DNA of 64,000 bases from an uncultured Mesorhizobium sp. (lineage in GTDB: Bacteria; Pseudomonadota; Alphaproteobacteria; Rhizobiales; Rhizobiaceae), in the NCBI GenBank assembly GCA_937958475.1, contig CALFXR010000065.1:8617-72616 (forward strand). The letters are read 5' to 3'. The stretch's first letter is position 1; each line of letters starts with the position of its first letter. The notes beneath the pieces are model-generated. The model saw only the letters and a program-made list of their open reading frames with translations. It was not told where the DNA came from and did no database searches. The translations under genes were made by a program, and so were the position numbers. This document shows positions 7,753 to 15,860 of the stretch, piece after piece.

Positions 7753-10700
7753 TTCACGTCCCCGCAGACCGGGTAATTGTAGGCCATGACGATATCGGCG
7801 ATGCCGGTGGGGTCGAGCGACGACCACGGGAAGTCGGACGCGGGGTTCTGCGCCTCGGCGCCGGACATCATGGTCTCGACTATGGCGTTGATGCGCTCGT
7901 CCGAGATGGAGCCGACAACCTTGTTTCGGATCATCTCCTTCAGCGCGTCCTTCATCTTGACTTGCGACGCGATCTTGGTGCCGCCCCAGATGATCGAAGT
8001 CAGCGCCGTCCCGATCGCGGCGTCGACGATCAGTTCCTTGCCGATCGTCTTGAAGCCCGCCTTCAGGGCTTCCTTCACGCTCGCCTTGAGGCCTGCCTTG
8101 AAGGCTTCCTTCGCCCCCATCTTGGCGGCGACCGTGCCGGCCGTCTTGCCGGCGGTGCCGCCTGCCTTGGCGCCGGCGGTCGCGCCCGTCGAGCCGCCCG
8201 CGGTGACGACGGTCAGGGCGATGCTGCCCGCCGCGATGACCGGCGACAGCACCTGGTCGACGATCGCGCCGTCGCACGTCGCCTTGTCGATCGCGCAGCC
8301 GGCCCCGCAATTGTGGGGCAGCTTCGCCGGGCAGGCGTTCCAGCAGACCGGCCCGACGCCGGCGAAGCCCGCCTTGCAGCCGTCGTAGCACAGCCCGGCG
8401 TCGTTTACGGCGCCGGCGTCGCAGCTCATCAGGCTGGCCTCGCGCGTGTAGGTGTGCTTGGCGCAGAATATGCCGCCGTCGGTCATCGGCGCCGCGCAGC
8501 TCGGCGTGCACAGGTTGGTGATCACCGGCGCCTGCTCGTAACCCGCCTTGCAGGTCTCGTAGACGATGGTGTCGCCGTTGGCGGTGACGCAGTTGTCGCC
8601 GTGCGCCTCGCGGCAACGCCGGCGCGCGCCGTCGAGGCCGGTCTCTCCGGATGCCTCGTAGGTGCCGAAGGAGAAGAACCAGGCCAGCCCGTCGCCGACC
8701 GCCTTGGCGGCCTCCCCGGCGTTGACCGGGTATTCGTCGCGCTTGTAGGGCGCGGGCTTGAAGCAGGTCAGGCCGTCGTCGCGGTATCCCGCGGGGCAGG
8801 TGGCCTGCCTGCAGACGAAGAAGTCGCAGACGTAGCCCGGCCGGGCATCCGGCCAGCACAGGCCCGCGGTGTCCTCCGAGAAGCCTGGCTCGCAGTTGCG
8901 CGGCACGCTGCCGACGCCGCGGCCATAGCTGTCCTTCCAGCAGTACTGCGGCCCATCGGCCAGCGCCGACTGCTTGGCCTGTTCGGCGGCGAAGTCGGTG
9001 ATGATCTTGTCGATGCTGATGTTGGTCATCGCCAGTATCTGGTCGTCCGTCGGGTTCCACGGCAGGTCCACCGTCTGGCCGTTGGCGTCGCCGACGAAGT
9101 AGGGCATGTCCTGGCCGAGCTTCTCCTCGGTGTCGCCCTTGTAGAACCAGAGCACCGATTTCGGCAGGGCGCGCGTCGAGATCGAGTGCCCGGCCGGGAT
9201 CTTGACCAGCGTGACGTGTTGCTCGCTCTCGTTGACGACCGTCACCGCGGCGACCTCCTCGGAATAGTTGGAGAAGGTGACCTCGACGCTTCCGGGACCC
9301 ATCTGCGCCACGGCGGCTTCGTTCGGCCGGTACGGGATGTTGACGGCCGCGCCGTCGGCGTCCGGTACCACGAAGGCCTCGCCGACCGGTTCGTCGGCGA
9401 ACTGCTTCAGGAACCAGATGGTCGAGCCCGGCAGGAAATTGGCGTGCCGGCTCATGTTGCCGGTGCCTTCGCCCACGTCGAGGGCGAACAGGAGCGCCCG
9501 CTTGCCGTCCTTGTCGGCGGTGACGACGTCGAGCGGCTCGCCGCTGTCGTTCATCAGGCGGACCTTGACGCTGCCGGGGCCGGCCTGCTCGGCCTGGGTG
9601 GCGTTGAGCGGCAGGTCGACGCCGTAGAAGCCGTCCAGCACGGTGTAGTCGTCGCTGACACGCCTGTCGGTGCCGGCGCGCACGAAGGAGAGCACGGTGC
9701 CGGGAATGCCATGGCCCTGGACGCCCTTCGCACCCGATTCGATGTCCATCATGTCGACCCGCGATCCGTCGGGACGGTTGACCTGCACCGTGATGGGGAA
9801 TGGCAGGAGATTGGCGAAAAGCACCATGCTGCTGCCGGGACCCGACTGTTCGGCGACGACTGCGCCACGCGGGTCGAACGGAATCGAGACCGTCTCGGGG
9901 GCCGACGCCACCTTGTACGAATAGCGCAGCGCCTCGCTGGTGTCGGTGCGGTAGAACCACAGCTCCGTTCCCGGCCGGGCCCGCTGGGTGACGCTCTGCC
10001 CCGCCGGGATGCGCGCCAGCGGCACCGTCTTGCCGTCGTCGACAAGGGCCGCGATCACGTCGACCTCGAGCGTATTGGCGAAGGACAGCTCGACGCTGCC
10101 CTTGCCGTTCTGGACCCTCAGGATCCTGGCGACCGCCGGATCGGGGGCGGCGGCCTTGGCCGCCTCGATGCTGACCACCTCGCCGTCGAGGCCGGTCACG
10201 GCATAGGGGCCGCTGACCAGTTCGCCGCCGTCCTTGCGGTAGAAGTAGAGGCTCGCCTGCGGCAGGACGCGCTGCCTGACCGTCTGCCCGGCGGGAACGG
10301 CGAAGAGAGGATGCGCGGTCTTCGCTTCGTCCACCACCGCGGCGACGATATCGTGCTCGGTCGTGTTGACGAACTCCGCCTCGACGCTGCCTTCGCCCCG
10401 CTGGCGCTGCTGCATCTGGGAGAGCTCAGGCGCGGCGGCGCGTTGTTCGATGCTGACCACCTCACCGTCCAGGCCCGTCACGGCATAGGGGCCGCTGACC
10501 AGCTCGCCGCCGTCCTTGCGGTAGAAATAGAGGCTCGCCTGCGGCAGGACGCGCTGCCTGACCGTCTGCCCCGCGGCAACGGCGAAGAGCGGATGCGCGG
10601 TCTTCGCTTCGTCCACCACCGCGGCGACCACATCGTCCTGCGTGGTGTTGACGAACTCGGCTTCGACGCTGCCTTCGCCCTGCTGGCGCTGCTGCATCTC

Positions 10701-11702
10701 GGAGAGCGCAGCCGCGGCGGCGCGCTGCTCGATGGTGACCACCTCGCCGTCGAGCCCCGTCACGGCGTAGGGTCCGTTGACGACCTTCGTGCCGTTTTCG
10801 GCATAGAACCACAATTCCGCGCCCGGCAGCACGCGTTCCCTGGCCGATGCGCCGGCGGCGATGTCGAACAAGGGGACGGCGTCCTGGCCGTCGGTGACGG
10901 TCACCGTCACGACGTCGGCCGTCGTGTTGACGAACTCGGCCTCGATGCTGCCTTCGCCCTGCTGGCGCTGCCGTTGCGACAGGACGGGGTCGGCAGCGAC
11001 CGACGCCTGCGGGATCGTGACGACGTCGCCGTCTGCGCCGGCGACCGTGTAGGGTTCGCCGACCGCCGTGTTCGTGGCGACGTCGTAGAACCTGAGCGTC
11101 GTGCCCGGCAGGACGCGCTGCGCCGCCGTCTCGCCGGCCTTCACGCCGAACAGCGCATAGGCCTTGTCGGCGTCGTCGAAGACCACCGCGGCGACGAGGG
11201 CGGAAGTGGTGTTGGAGAAGCTGAGTTCGACGCTGCCCGAGCCGGACTGCTGCGCCCTGATCCGGGCCAGCGGCGAACTGTCGTCCTGCGCGGCGGGCGG
11301 AGCCTGCGCCTGCTGGGAATAGGGTACGCTCACGGCTTCTCCGGGCAGGCCGGCGACGGGGTAGACGTCGCCGAGCCAGTCGCCGTCCTGGGCGAAGCCG
11401 AGCGACACGGTGCCGGCGGGCGCGATGACGTCGATCGACTCGCCGGCCGAGAGCTCAGCCAGATCCTGCTGGTCCTCATTCGCGTCGATGGCGATGACGG
11501 TGACCGTGCCGGCGGAACCGTTCGAAACGGAGACGACGGTGTCGGTATCGGCGACACGGCACACGAACGGCGCATAGGCCGGCACCGGCATGCGGCTCAT
11601 CTGCGGGGCGCGAGGCAGTGCGGTTGCGGTGTCGACCAGGAGATTGAGGGACAGGAATACGGAAAGTATGCAGCGGAATGCCGCCGCGAATGCCCGCGCC
11701 AT
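7749..11702 (-). CDS. large exported protein (1317 aa): nine tandem beta-sandwich modules, Cys-rich region, hydrophobic/Lys-Ala-rich segment, small C-terminal domain
   Basis: Full ORF. Signal peptide MARAFAAAFRCILSVFLSLNLLVDTATA. Repeated GSVEaeFvNTT...aG....RvLPg..LwFY......Y.V.G.DGevV.I modules. 21 Cys fall in aa 921-1143. Hydrophobic stretches at aa 1151-1170 and 1223-1241. Confidence 0.9.
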   Translation of the reverse strand: MARAFAAAFRCILSVFLSLNLLVDTATALPRAPQMSRMPVPAYAPFVCRVADTDTVVSVSNGSAGTVTVIAIDANEDQQDLAELSAGESIDVIAPAGTVSLGFAQDGDWLGDVYPVAGLPGEAVSVPYSQQAQAPPAAQDDSSPLARIRAQQSGSGSVELSFSNTTSALVAAVVFDDADKAYALFGVKAGETAAQRVLPGTTLRFYDVATNTAVGEPYTVAGADGDVVTIPQASVAADPVLSQRQRQQGEGSIEAEFVNTTADVVTVTVTDGQDAVPLFDIAAGASARERVLPGAELWFYAENGTKVVNGPYAVTGLDGEVVTIEQRAAAAALSEMQQRQQGEGSVEAEFVNTTQDDVVAAVVDEAKTAHPLFAVAAGQTVRQRVLPQASLYFYRKDGGELVSGPYAVTGLDGEVVSIEQRAAAPELSQMQQRQRGEGSVEAEFVNTTEHDIVAAVVDEAKTAHPLFAVPAGQTVRQRVLPQASLYFYRKDGGELVSGPYAVTGLDGEVVSIEAAKAAAPDPAVARILRVQNGKGSVELSFANTLEVDVIAALVDDGKTVPLARIPAGQSVTQRARPGTELWFYRTDTSEALRYSYKVASAPETVSIPFDPRGAVVAEQSGPGSSMVLFANLLPFPITVQVNRPDGSRVDMMDIESGAKGVQGHGIPGTVLSFVRAGTDRRVSDDYTVLDGFYGVDLPLNATQAEQAGPGSVKVRLMNDSGEPLDVVTADKDGKRALLFALDVGEGTGNMSRHANFLPGSTIWFLKQFADEPVGEAFVVPDADGAAVNIPYRPNEAAVAQMGPGSVEVTFSNYSEEVAAVTVVNESEQHVTLVKIPAGHSISTRALPKSVLWFYKGDTEEKLGQDMPYFVGDANGQTVDLPWNPTDDQILAMTNISIDKIITDFAAEQAKQSALADGPQYCWKDSYGRGVGSVPRNCEPGFSEDTAGLCWPDARPGYVCDFFVCRQATCPAGYRDDGLTCFKPAPYKRDEYPVNAGEAAKAVGDGLAWFFSFGTYEASGETGLDGARRRCREAHGDNCVTANGDTIVYETCKAGYEQAPVITNLCTPSCAAPMTDGGIFCAKHTYTREASLMSCDAGAVNDAGLCYDGCKAGFAGVGPVCWNACPAKLPHNCGAGCAIDKATCDGAIVDQVLSPVIAAGSIALTVVTAGGSTGATAGAKAGGTAGKTAGTVAAKMGAKEAFKAGLKASVKEALKAGFKTIGKELIVDAAIGTALTSIIWGGTKIASQVKMKDALKEMIRNKVVGSISDERINAIVETMMSGAEAQNPASDFPWSSLDPTGIADIVMAYNYPVCGDVK
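8274..8942 (-). other. Cys-rich region with repeated C-x2-G-[FY]-x(n)-C units (aa 921-1143 of the 1317-aa protein)
   Basis: NCEPGFSEDTAGLC, TCPAGYRDDGLTC, TCKAGYEQAPVITNLC, SCDAGAVNDAGLC, GCKAGFAGVGPVC. I counted 21 cysteines by hand. Confidence 0.7.
9057..11549 (-). repeat. nine tandem ~85-100 aa protein modules (aa 52-882 of the 1317-aa protein)
   Basis: Hand alignment of module starts: VVSVSNGS, VELSFSNTT, IEAEFVNTT, VEAEFVNTT x2, VELSFANTL, SMVLFANLL, VKVRLMNDS, VEVTFSNYS. Each is followed by a conserved G and an aromatic pair (LWFY/LYFY/IWFL). Confidence 0.8.
10140..10703 (-). repeat. near-identical tandem DNA duplication, 2 x 282 bp (modules 4 and 5)
   Basis: The sequence at 10196 onward (cacggcataggggccgctgaccag...) recurs at 10478 onward with only a few mismatches. 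The protein copies, aa 334-427 and 428-521, are almost identical. Confidence 0.85.
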
Positions 11703-12076
11703 GGATCTTACCAGTAGTTGAGCGTGTCCCTGCGCAGCGACCGTGAACGGGTTTCCGGCGCCTGTCCATGGGGGGCGGGGACTTTATTTACGCAACGTCA
11801 GCCCTCGGCCCCGCCGCTTGTCGCCGGGACGGACAACTCGGCGTGACCAGCGGAAGGCGCCAACGATCACGCTTGACGCAGCGGAACCGGCGGCTGTAGC
11901 CTTCGCGCGCGCATTTGTCCGGGACGGGATGATCGCGGCGGAAATTGCAGGCGAGTGCGAGGCCACGGGGCACGCGCGTTGCCTGGTGCTTCCGCGCTGA
12001 AACGGTACCGTCCTGCGGCACCGTCTGGGTGGGAACGACCTCCGCATCCATTGCGGTGGGACTTGGGGCAGGGGGA

Positions 12077-13315
12077 ATGCGCATGACTCGCGTCGTAGGT
12101 TTCCTGGTGCTGGTTCTGTCGGCGCTGGCCGCGGGGCTGCCGGCTCTGGCGCAGAGCGGAGGCGTCCAGCTGCGCCTCACCAACCAGATGACCGAAAAGG
12201 TCGACTATTACGTGGTACCGCCTGGCGGCAAGCCGACCTTCGCCGGCTCGGTCGAAGCCGGGGCGGTGGTCGATGTCGAATCGAAGGCGGGCCAGGGATA
12301 TGTCTTCGCGGTCAACCGCGTACCCTTCCAGAAGTACACGACGCGCTCGGAGGTGTTCCAGGGCCTGACGCTCGCCCCACAGGGCCAGCAGAAGCCGCCG
12401 GTGGTCGCCAACTCCCGCCAGAAGCCTGCGTCGGGGGGCAAGACCGTCGATGCCGCGGCGGCCGACAGCGGCGGCGGCGGATCGGCGCCATCGAATGACG
12501 GACTGATATGGATGTTCTCCCAGTTCCAGGACGACAGGGGGATCGATACTTCGGTGCTCTACTTCTCGGTACCGGAGACCGACAACGTGCAGTTTTCCGC
12601 CGCATGCAGCGCGCAGGACGCGACGCCGCGAGTCATCCTGTCGGCGGATGTCTCGCGCCTGAAGAACGGGGCGGCGACCAGTGTGCGTTTCCTCGCCTCC
12701 GGCTTCGATGCCACCATCCGGGGCAAGGTACGGCTCAGCGAAAGCGGCGAGGGCCAGGACGGCATCGACATGGCGGTCGGCGCCGACGACCCGCTGTGGC
12801 AGGCGTTCGCCGCCCGCAACGCCGTGAACTACAGCGTGCAGGGACAGGCCCCGCTGCGGCTGCCGCTGTCCGGCGTGCAGGAGCCGCTCGGCAACTTCCT
12901 CCGCGACTGCGCGCAGTTCGCCGGCGGCGGCGGCGGCGGCAGCGGCGTGGCCGGCGACGCGACGCAGCTGTTCTCCGGCGGCACGAGCGGCGGTTCGGCG
13001 AACACGGCCGGCGCGACGGCCGATTCCTGCGCGGCGCTCGACGGCGTCGTCTCGAAGAATGGCGGCAAGAAGGTCGCGGTGGAGTTCGTCAACCGCACCG
13101 ACGAGTACCGCGTTCTCATGTGGATCGATTTCGAGGGTACGCCGGTCGAGTACACGCAGCTCGAAGGGGGCCAGGCGTACCAAGTCGAGACCAGTTCCAC
13201 GCATCCCTGGATGGTCACCGACGGCCCGGGCAACTGCATCGAGAAATTCATGCCGAAGCCCGGCCAGAGGCAGATCCTGATTTCCAGGAAGAGCCCCGGA
13301 TTCGGCGACGAGTAG
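12077..13315 (+). CDS. exported protein (412 aa) with C-terminal von Hippel-Lindau beta-domain-like module
   Basis: Met 45 of ORF 11945..13315 gives the signal peptide MRMTRVVGFLVLVLSALAAGLPALAQS, preceded by a G-rich SD. An N-terminal module (LRLTNQMTEKVDYYVVPPGGKP...) is followed by a Gly-rich linker. aa 335-382 (VEFVNRTDEYRVLMWIDFEGTPVEYTQLEGGQAYQVETSSTHPWMVTD) align without gaps to pVHL 74-121. Confidence 0.9.
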   Translation: MRMTRVVGFLVLVLSALAAGLPALAQSGGVQLRLTNQMTEKVDYYVVPPGGKPTFAGSVEAGAVVDVESKAGQGYVFAVNRVPFQKYTTRSEVFQGLTLAPQGQQKPPVVANSRQKPASGGKTVDAAAADSGGGGSAPSNDGLIWMFSQFQDDRGIDTSVLYFSVPETDNVQFSAACSAQDATPRVILSADVSRLKNGAATSVRFLASGFDATIRGKVRLSESGEGQDGIDMAVGADDPLWQAFAARNAVNYSVQGQAPLRLPLSGVQEPLGNFLRDCAQFAGGGGGGSGVAGDATQLFSGGTSGGSANTAGATADSCAALDGVVSKNGGKKVAVEFVNRTDEYRVLMWIDFEGTPVEYTQLEGGQAYQVETSSTHPWMVTDGPGNCIEKFMPKPGQRQILISRKSPGFGDE

Positions 13316-13361
13316 GAAGGCGCGGCTTCTTGGGTCCAACGTCCGTAAAGAGGAGTCCGGC

Positions 13362-14024
13362 ATGAGACGTCTGCCGTTGATCGCGGCCTGCAGCGCGGTA
13401 GGCCTGCTGGTGCTCGCCAGCCAGGCCGCCGCGCAGTCGAGAGAGTTCTTCTGCGGCGAAGACTATGTCGTGAAGCTGAAGGTCATCGACAAGAAGACCA
13501 TCTCGGCCGGGCCGATCGCGGGGCGGACGCTGGCGCTGATGCAGGTTCCGGGAAAGACGATGGTCTATGCGAACGGCAAGACCTCGCTGGAGATCGGTTC
13601 CGACCAGAAGCGGATCGCGGTCCGCGTCGTCGGCGAGGAGCCCCTCGTCTGCGTCTTCCCGGCCCCCGAGGGTACGGCCGAGCGCAGCGCAGACACCGAC
13701 GCCGGTCAGCCGGCCGGCGAAAAGCCGGTCGCGATCAAGCCGGTCGTGAAGAACCCCACGACGGCGACCGCCGATCCCGCTTCGAAGGGCTTCGCCGCGA
13801 AGTCCTGGGGCGGCGTCGTCCGATCCGGCCCCGGGATGGAATTCAAGCAGGTCGCAAGCCTCAAGGAAGGCGAAAATATCACGGTGATCGAGGACGCCGG
13901 CGTCGAGATGAACGGCTACCGCTGGTACAAGATCCGCTTCGGCGGCAACAGGACCGGCTTCCAGTGGGGCGGCATCCTCTGCCCGATCGGCAAGACGGTC
14001 GCCGGGGCGTTCCAGAGCTGCTAG
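13362..14024 (+). CDS. exported protein (220 aa) with C-terminal bacterial SH3-like domain
   Basis: Signal peptide MRRLPLIAACSAVGLLVLASQAAAQ. The C-terminus (AKSWGGVVRSGPGMEFKQVASLKEGENITVIEDAGVEMNGYRWYKIRF) matches the SH3b pattern (ALRSGPs...v..l..G..v.v......gW.kV). It starts 46 nt after the preceding gene on the same strand. Confidence 0.8.
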   Translation: MRRLPLIAACSAVGLLVLASQAAAQSREFFCGEDYVVKLKVIDKKTISAGPIAGRTLALMQVPGKTMVYANGKTSLEIGSDQKRIAVRVVGEEPLVCVFPAPEGTAERSADTDAGQPAGEKPVAIKPVVKNPTTATADPASKGFAAKSWGGVVRSGPGMEFKQVASLKEGENITVIEDAGVEMNGYRWYKIRFGGNRTGFQWGGILCPIGKTVAGAFQSC

Positions 14025-14249
14025 CCGATCGAGCAGACGGCGGGCGATCGGTTCGCCGGCCTTTAGGGGAAAAGTGGCGTGACGGCCCGCTCTCGGTCCG
14101 TAGACAGGCGCCGCCAGACAAGTCGGCTGTGCCCGACTTTCGCCGCCCGCTTGCGGGCGACGACATGTCCGGTCCGGTCGGGGGCCGCGCGAAACCAAGC
14201 CCCTGGAAGAAGCTGGAGCCGACGGGAAATCAAGAGGATAGATATCCGT

Positions 14250-14325
<76 letters not shown>

Positions 14326-14442
14326 GTCCAGCGGATGCGGCGGATTTAGGCTGCGTCCGTGATCCTGTCAAGCGAGCGATCGCGCGGGGCTTGCCGCATT
14401 CGCGCCCAGTGGCTACATGTCGCGCGACACGGAGAAAACCGC

Positions 14443-14733
14443 ATGCTCGCACTCATTCAGACGATCGTCCTCGCCCTGGACATCTACTGGTGGCTGCTGA
14501 TCGCTTCGGCGATCTTTTCGTGGCTCTATGCGTTCAACGTCGTCAACCCGCGCAACCAGGCGGTGGCGGCGATCGGCAACGCCCTGTTCCGGGTCACCGA
14601 GCCGGCGCTCCGGCCGATCCGCCGGCTGCTGCCAGACCTCGGCGGCATCGACATCTCGCCGATCATTTTGCTCCTTGTCATCTTCTTCGTCCGCCAGTTC
14701 ATCCTGACCACCATCGCCCCGCTCGTCGCCTGA
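14443..14733 (+). CDS. yggT: YggT family membrane protein
   Basis: Met 29 of ORF 14359..14733: [38 protein letters not shown]...[17 protein letters not shown], which is the typical YggT signature. Confidence 0.85.
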   Translation: MLALIQTIVLALDIYWWLLIASAIFSWLYAFNVVNPRNQAVAAIGNALFRVTEPALRPIRRLLPDLGGIDISPIILLLVIFFVRQFILTTIAPLVA

Positions 14734-14737
14734 TCGG

Positions 14738-15067
14738 GTGGCGACCGGCGCGCACTATCGCCCGCGCACCGACGGCGCCGACCTCTTCGTCCGCCTGACG
14801 CCGAAATCGTCGCGCGACGCGCTCGAAGGCGTCGAGACGACCGCGGACGGCGCCTCGCATGTCCGCGCCCGGGTGCGCGCCGTGCCGGAGAAGGGGGCCG
14901 CCAACGCCGCGCTCGAGCGCCTGGTCGCCCGTGCGCTCGGCGTACCCGCCGGTTCGGTCTCGGTCGTCGCCGGAGGAACCTCGCGGCTGAAGACCGTTCG
15001 CATCGCCGGGGAGCCGGCCGCGCTCTCCCGGCTTCTCGACCGCCTTGCCGCCGGCGGCGGACCGTAG
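14738..15067 (+). CDS. DUF167 (YggU-like) protein
   Basis: GTG start 4 nt after yggT. LFVRLTPKSSRDALEGV...VRARVRAVPEKGAANAALERLVARALGVPAGSVSVVAGGTSRLKTVRI matches the DUF167 pattern. The yggT-yggU pairing is conserved. Confidence 0.8.
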   Translation: MATGAHYRPRTDGADLFVRLTPKSSRDALEGVETTADGASHVRARVRAVPEKGAANAALERLVARALGVPAGSVSVVAGGTSRLKTVRIAGEPAALSRLLDRLAAGGGP

Positions 15068-15213
15068 GATCGCGCCGCCGACCCGGCCATCGCGCCAAGG
15101 CCGGCGGTGGACGAAGGGCGGGGACCGGTGAGAGACGCCGCCCGGCGAACGGCGGTTTCCGTTTGGCGAAGGACGCGCTAGGCTGGAGAGATCCTCCATC
15201 AGGGTCCCCGCCG

Positions 15214-15816
15214 ATGCGCCTCCTCCCGCTTCTCGCCACCCTTGCCCTCGCCGCGACGCCCGCCGCTGCCGCCGAGTCGATCCTCAGCGCCTATACCGAC
15301 CTCGACGCGGAACGCGACTGCACCGTCATCGAGTTGGACGAGGAGGGCGGCGGCGTCGCCAACCTCGTCTGCAACGGCTACAAGGGCTATCCGGTGCTGA
15401 TCTTCGCCGGCGATCTCAGGGAAACGCTGTTCTACGGCTATCCGCCCGAGGGCGATCTGCCGCCGGCCTGGGAAAGCTTCGGCGCGTTCAACTCCACCGG
15501 ACCCAAGATCGAATGGCGGATCGCGAAGAACGGCGACGACGAGATCCCCTTCGCCACGATCCACCGCTGGTTCGTCAGTTCGGTCGACGATCCGGAAAAG
15601 CAGATCGAGGTGCTGGCGGTCGCCAAGGTCGCGCAGGTTTCGGCGCGCGAGGGCTGTACGGTCGGCCTGGTGGTGGCCAGCGGCAACGCCAAGGCCAACG
15701 AAACGGCGCGCAAGGTCGCCGACGAGAACGCGCGCGACTTCGCCTGCGGCGTCGACCAGCGCATCGAGATCGCCGGCAAGGTGCCGCTTCCGGACTTCTA
15801 TCGCCAGGAGCCGTAG
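15214..15816 (+). CDS. hypothetical exported protein
   Basis: Met 18 of ORF 15163..15816 gives the signal peptide MRLLPLLATLALAATPAAAAE. Codon usage looks coding. I do not recognise a family. Confidence 0.65.
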   Translation: MRLLPLLATLALAATPAAAAESILSAYTDLDAERDCTVIELDEEGGGVANLVCNGYKGYPVLIFAGDLRETLFYGYPPEGDLPPAWESFGAFNSTGPKIEWRIAKNGDDEIPFATIHRWFVSSVDDPEKQIEVLAVAKVAQVSAREGCTVGLVVASGNAKANETARKVADENARDFACGVDQRIEIAGKVPLPDFYRQEP

Positions 15817-15860
15817 GGAGCGCGGCTTCGCCGTCGGCGACGATCTCGCCGGTCTTGCGC

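Noticed and set aside
6268-9960. 1230-aa minus-strand ORF read as one gene
   Set aside because: Only the last 494 aa (from the ATG at 7752) look like protein. The upstream 736 aa are Arg/Gly/Pro-rich and lie out of frame over the 3' part of the 1317-aa gene.
7464-11717. 1417-aa plus-strand ORF, the longest in the track
   Set aside because: It is antisense to the 1317-aa repeat-protein gene. Its composition is extreme (Arg/Gly/Asp/His-rich) and it has no signal, motifs or repeats that make sense. This is a typical high-GC antisense artefact. The minus-strand frame has a signal peptide, a clean module structure and coupling to the next gene.
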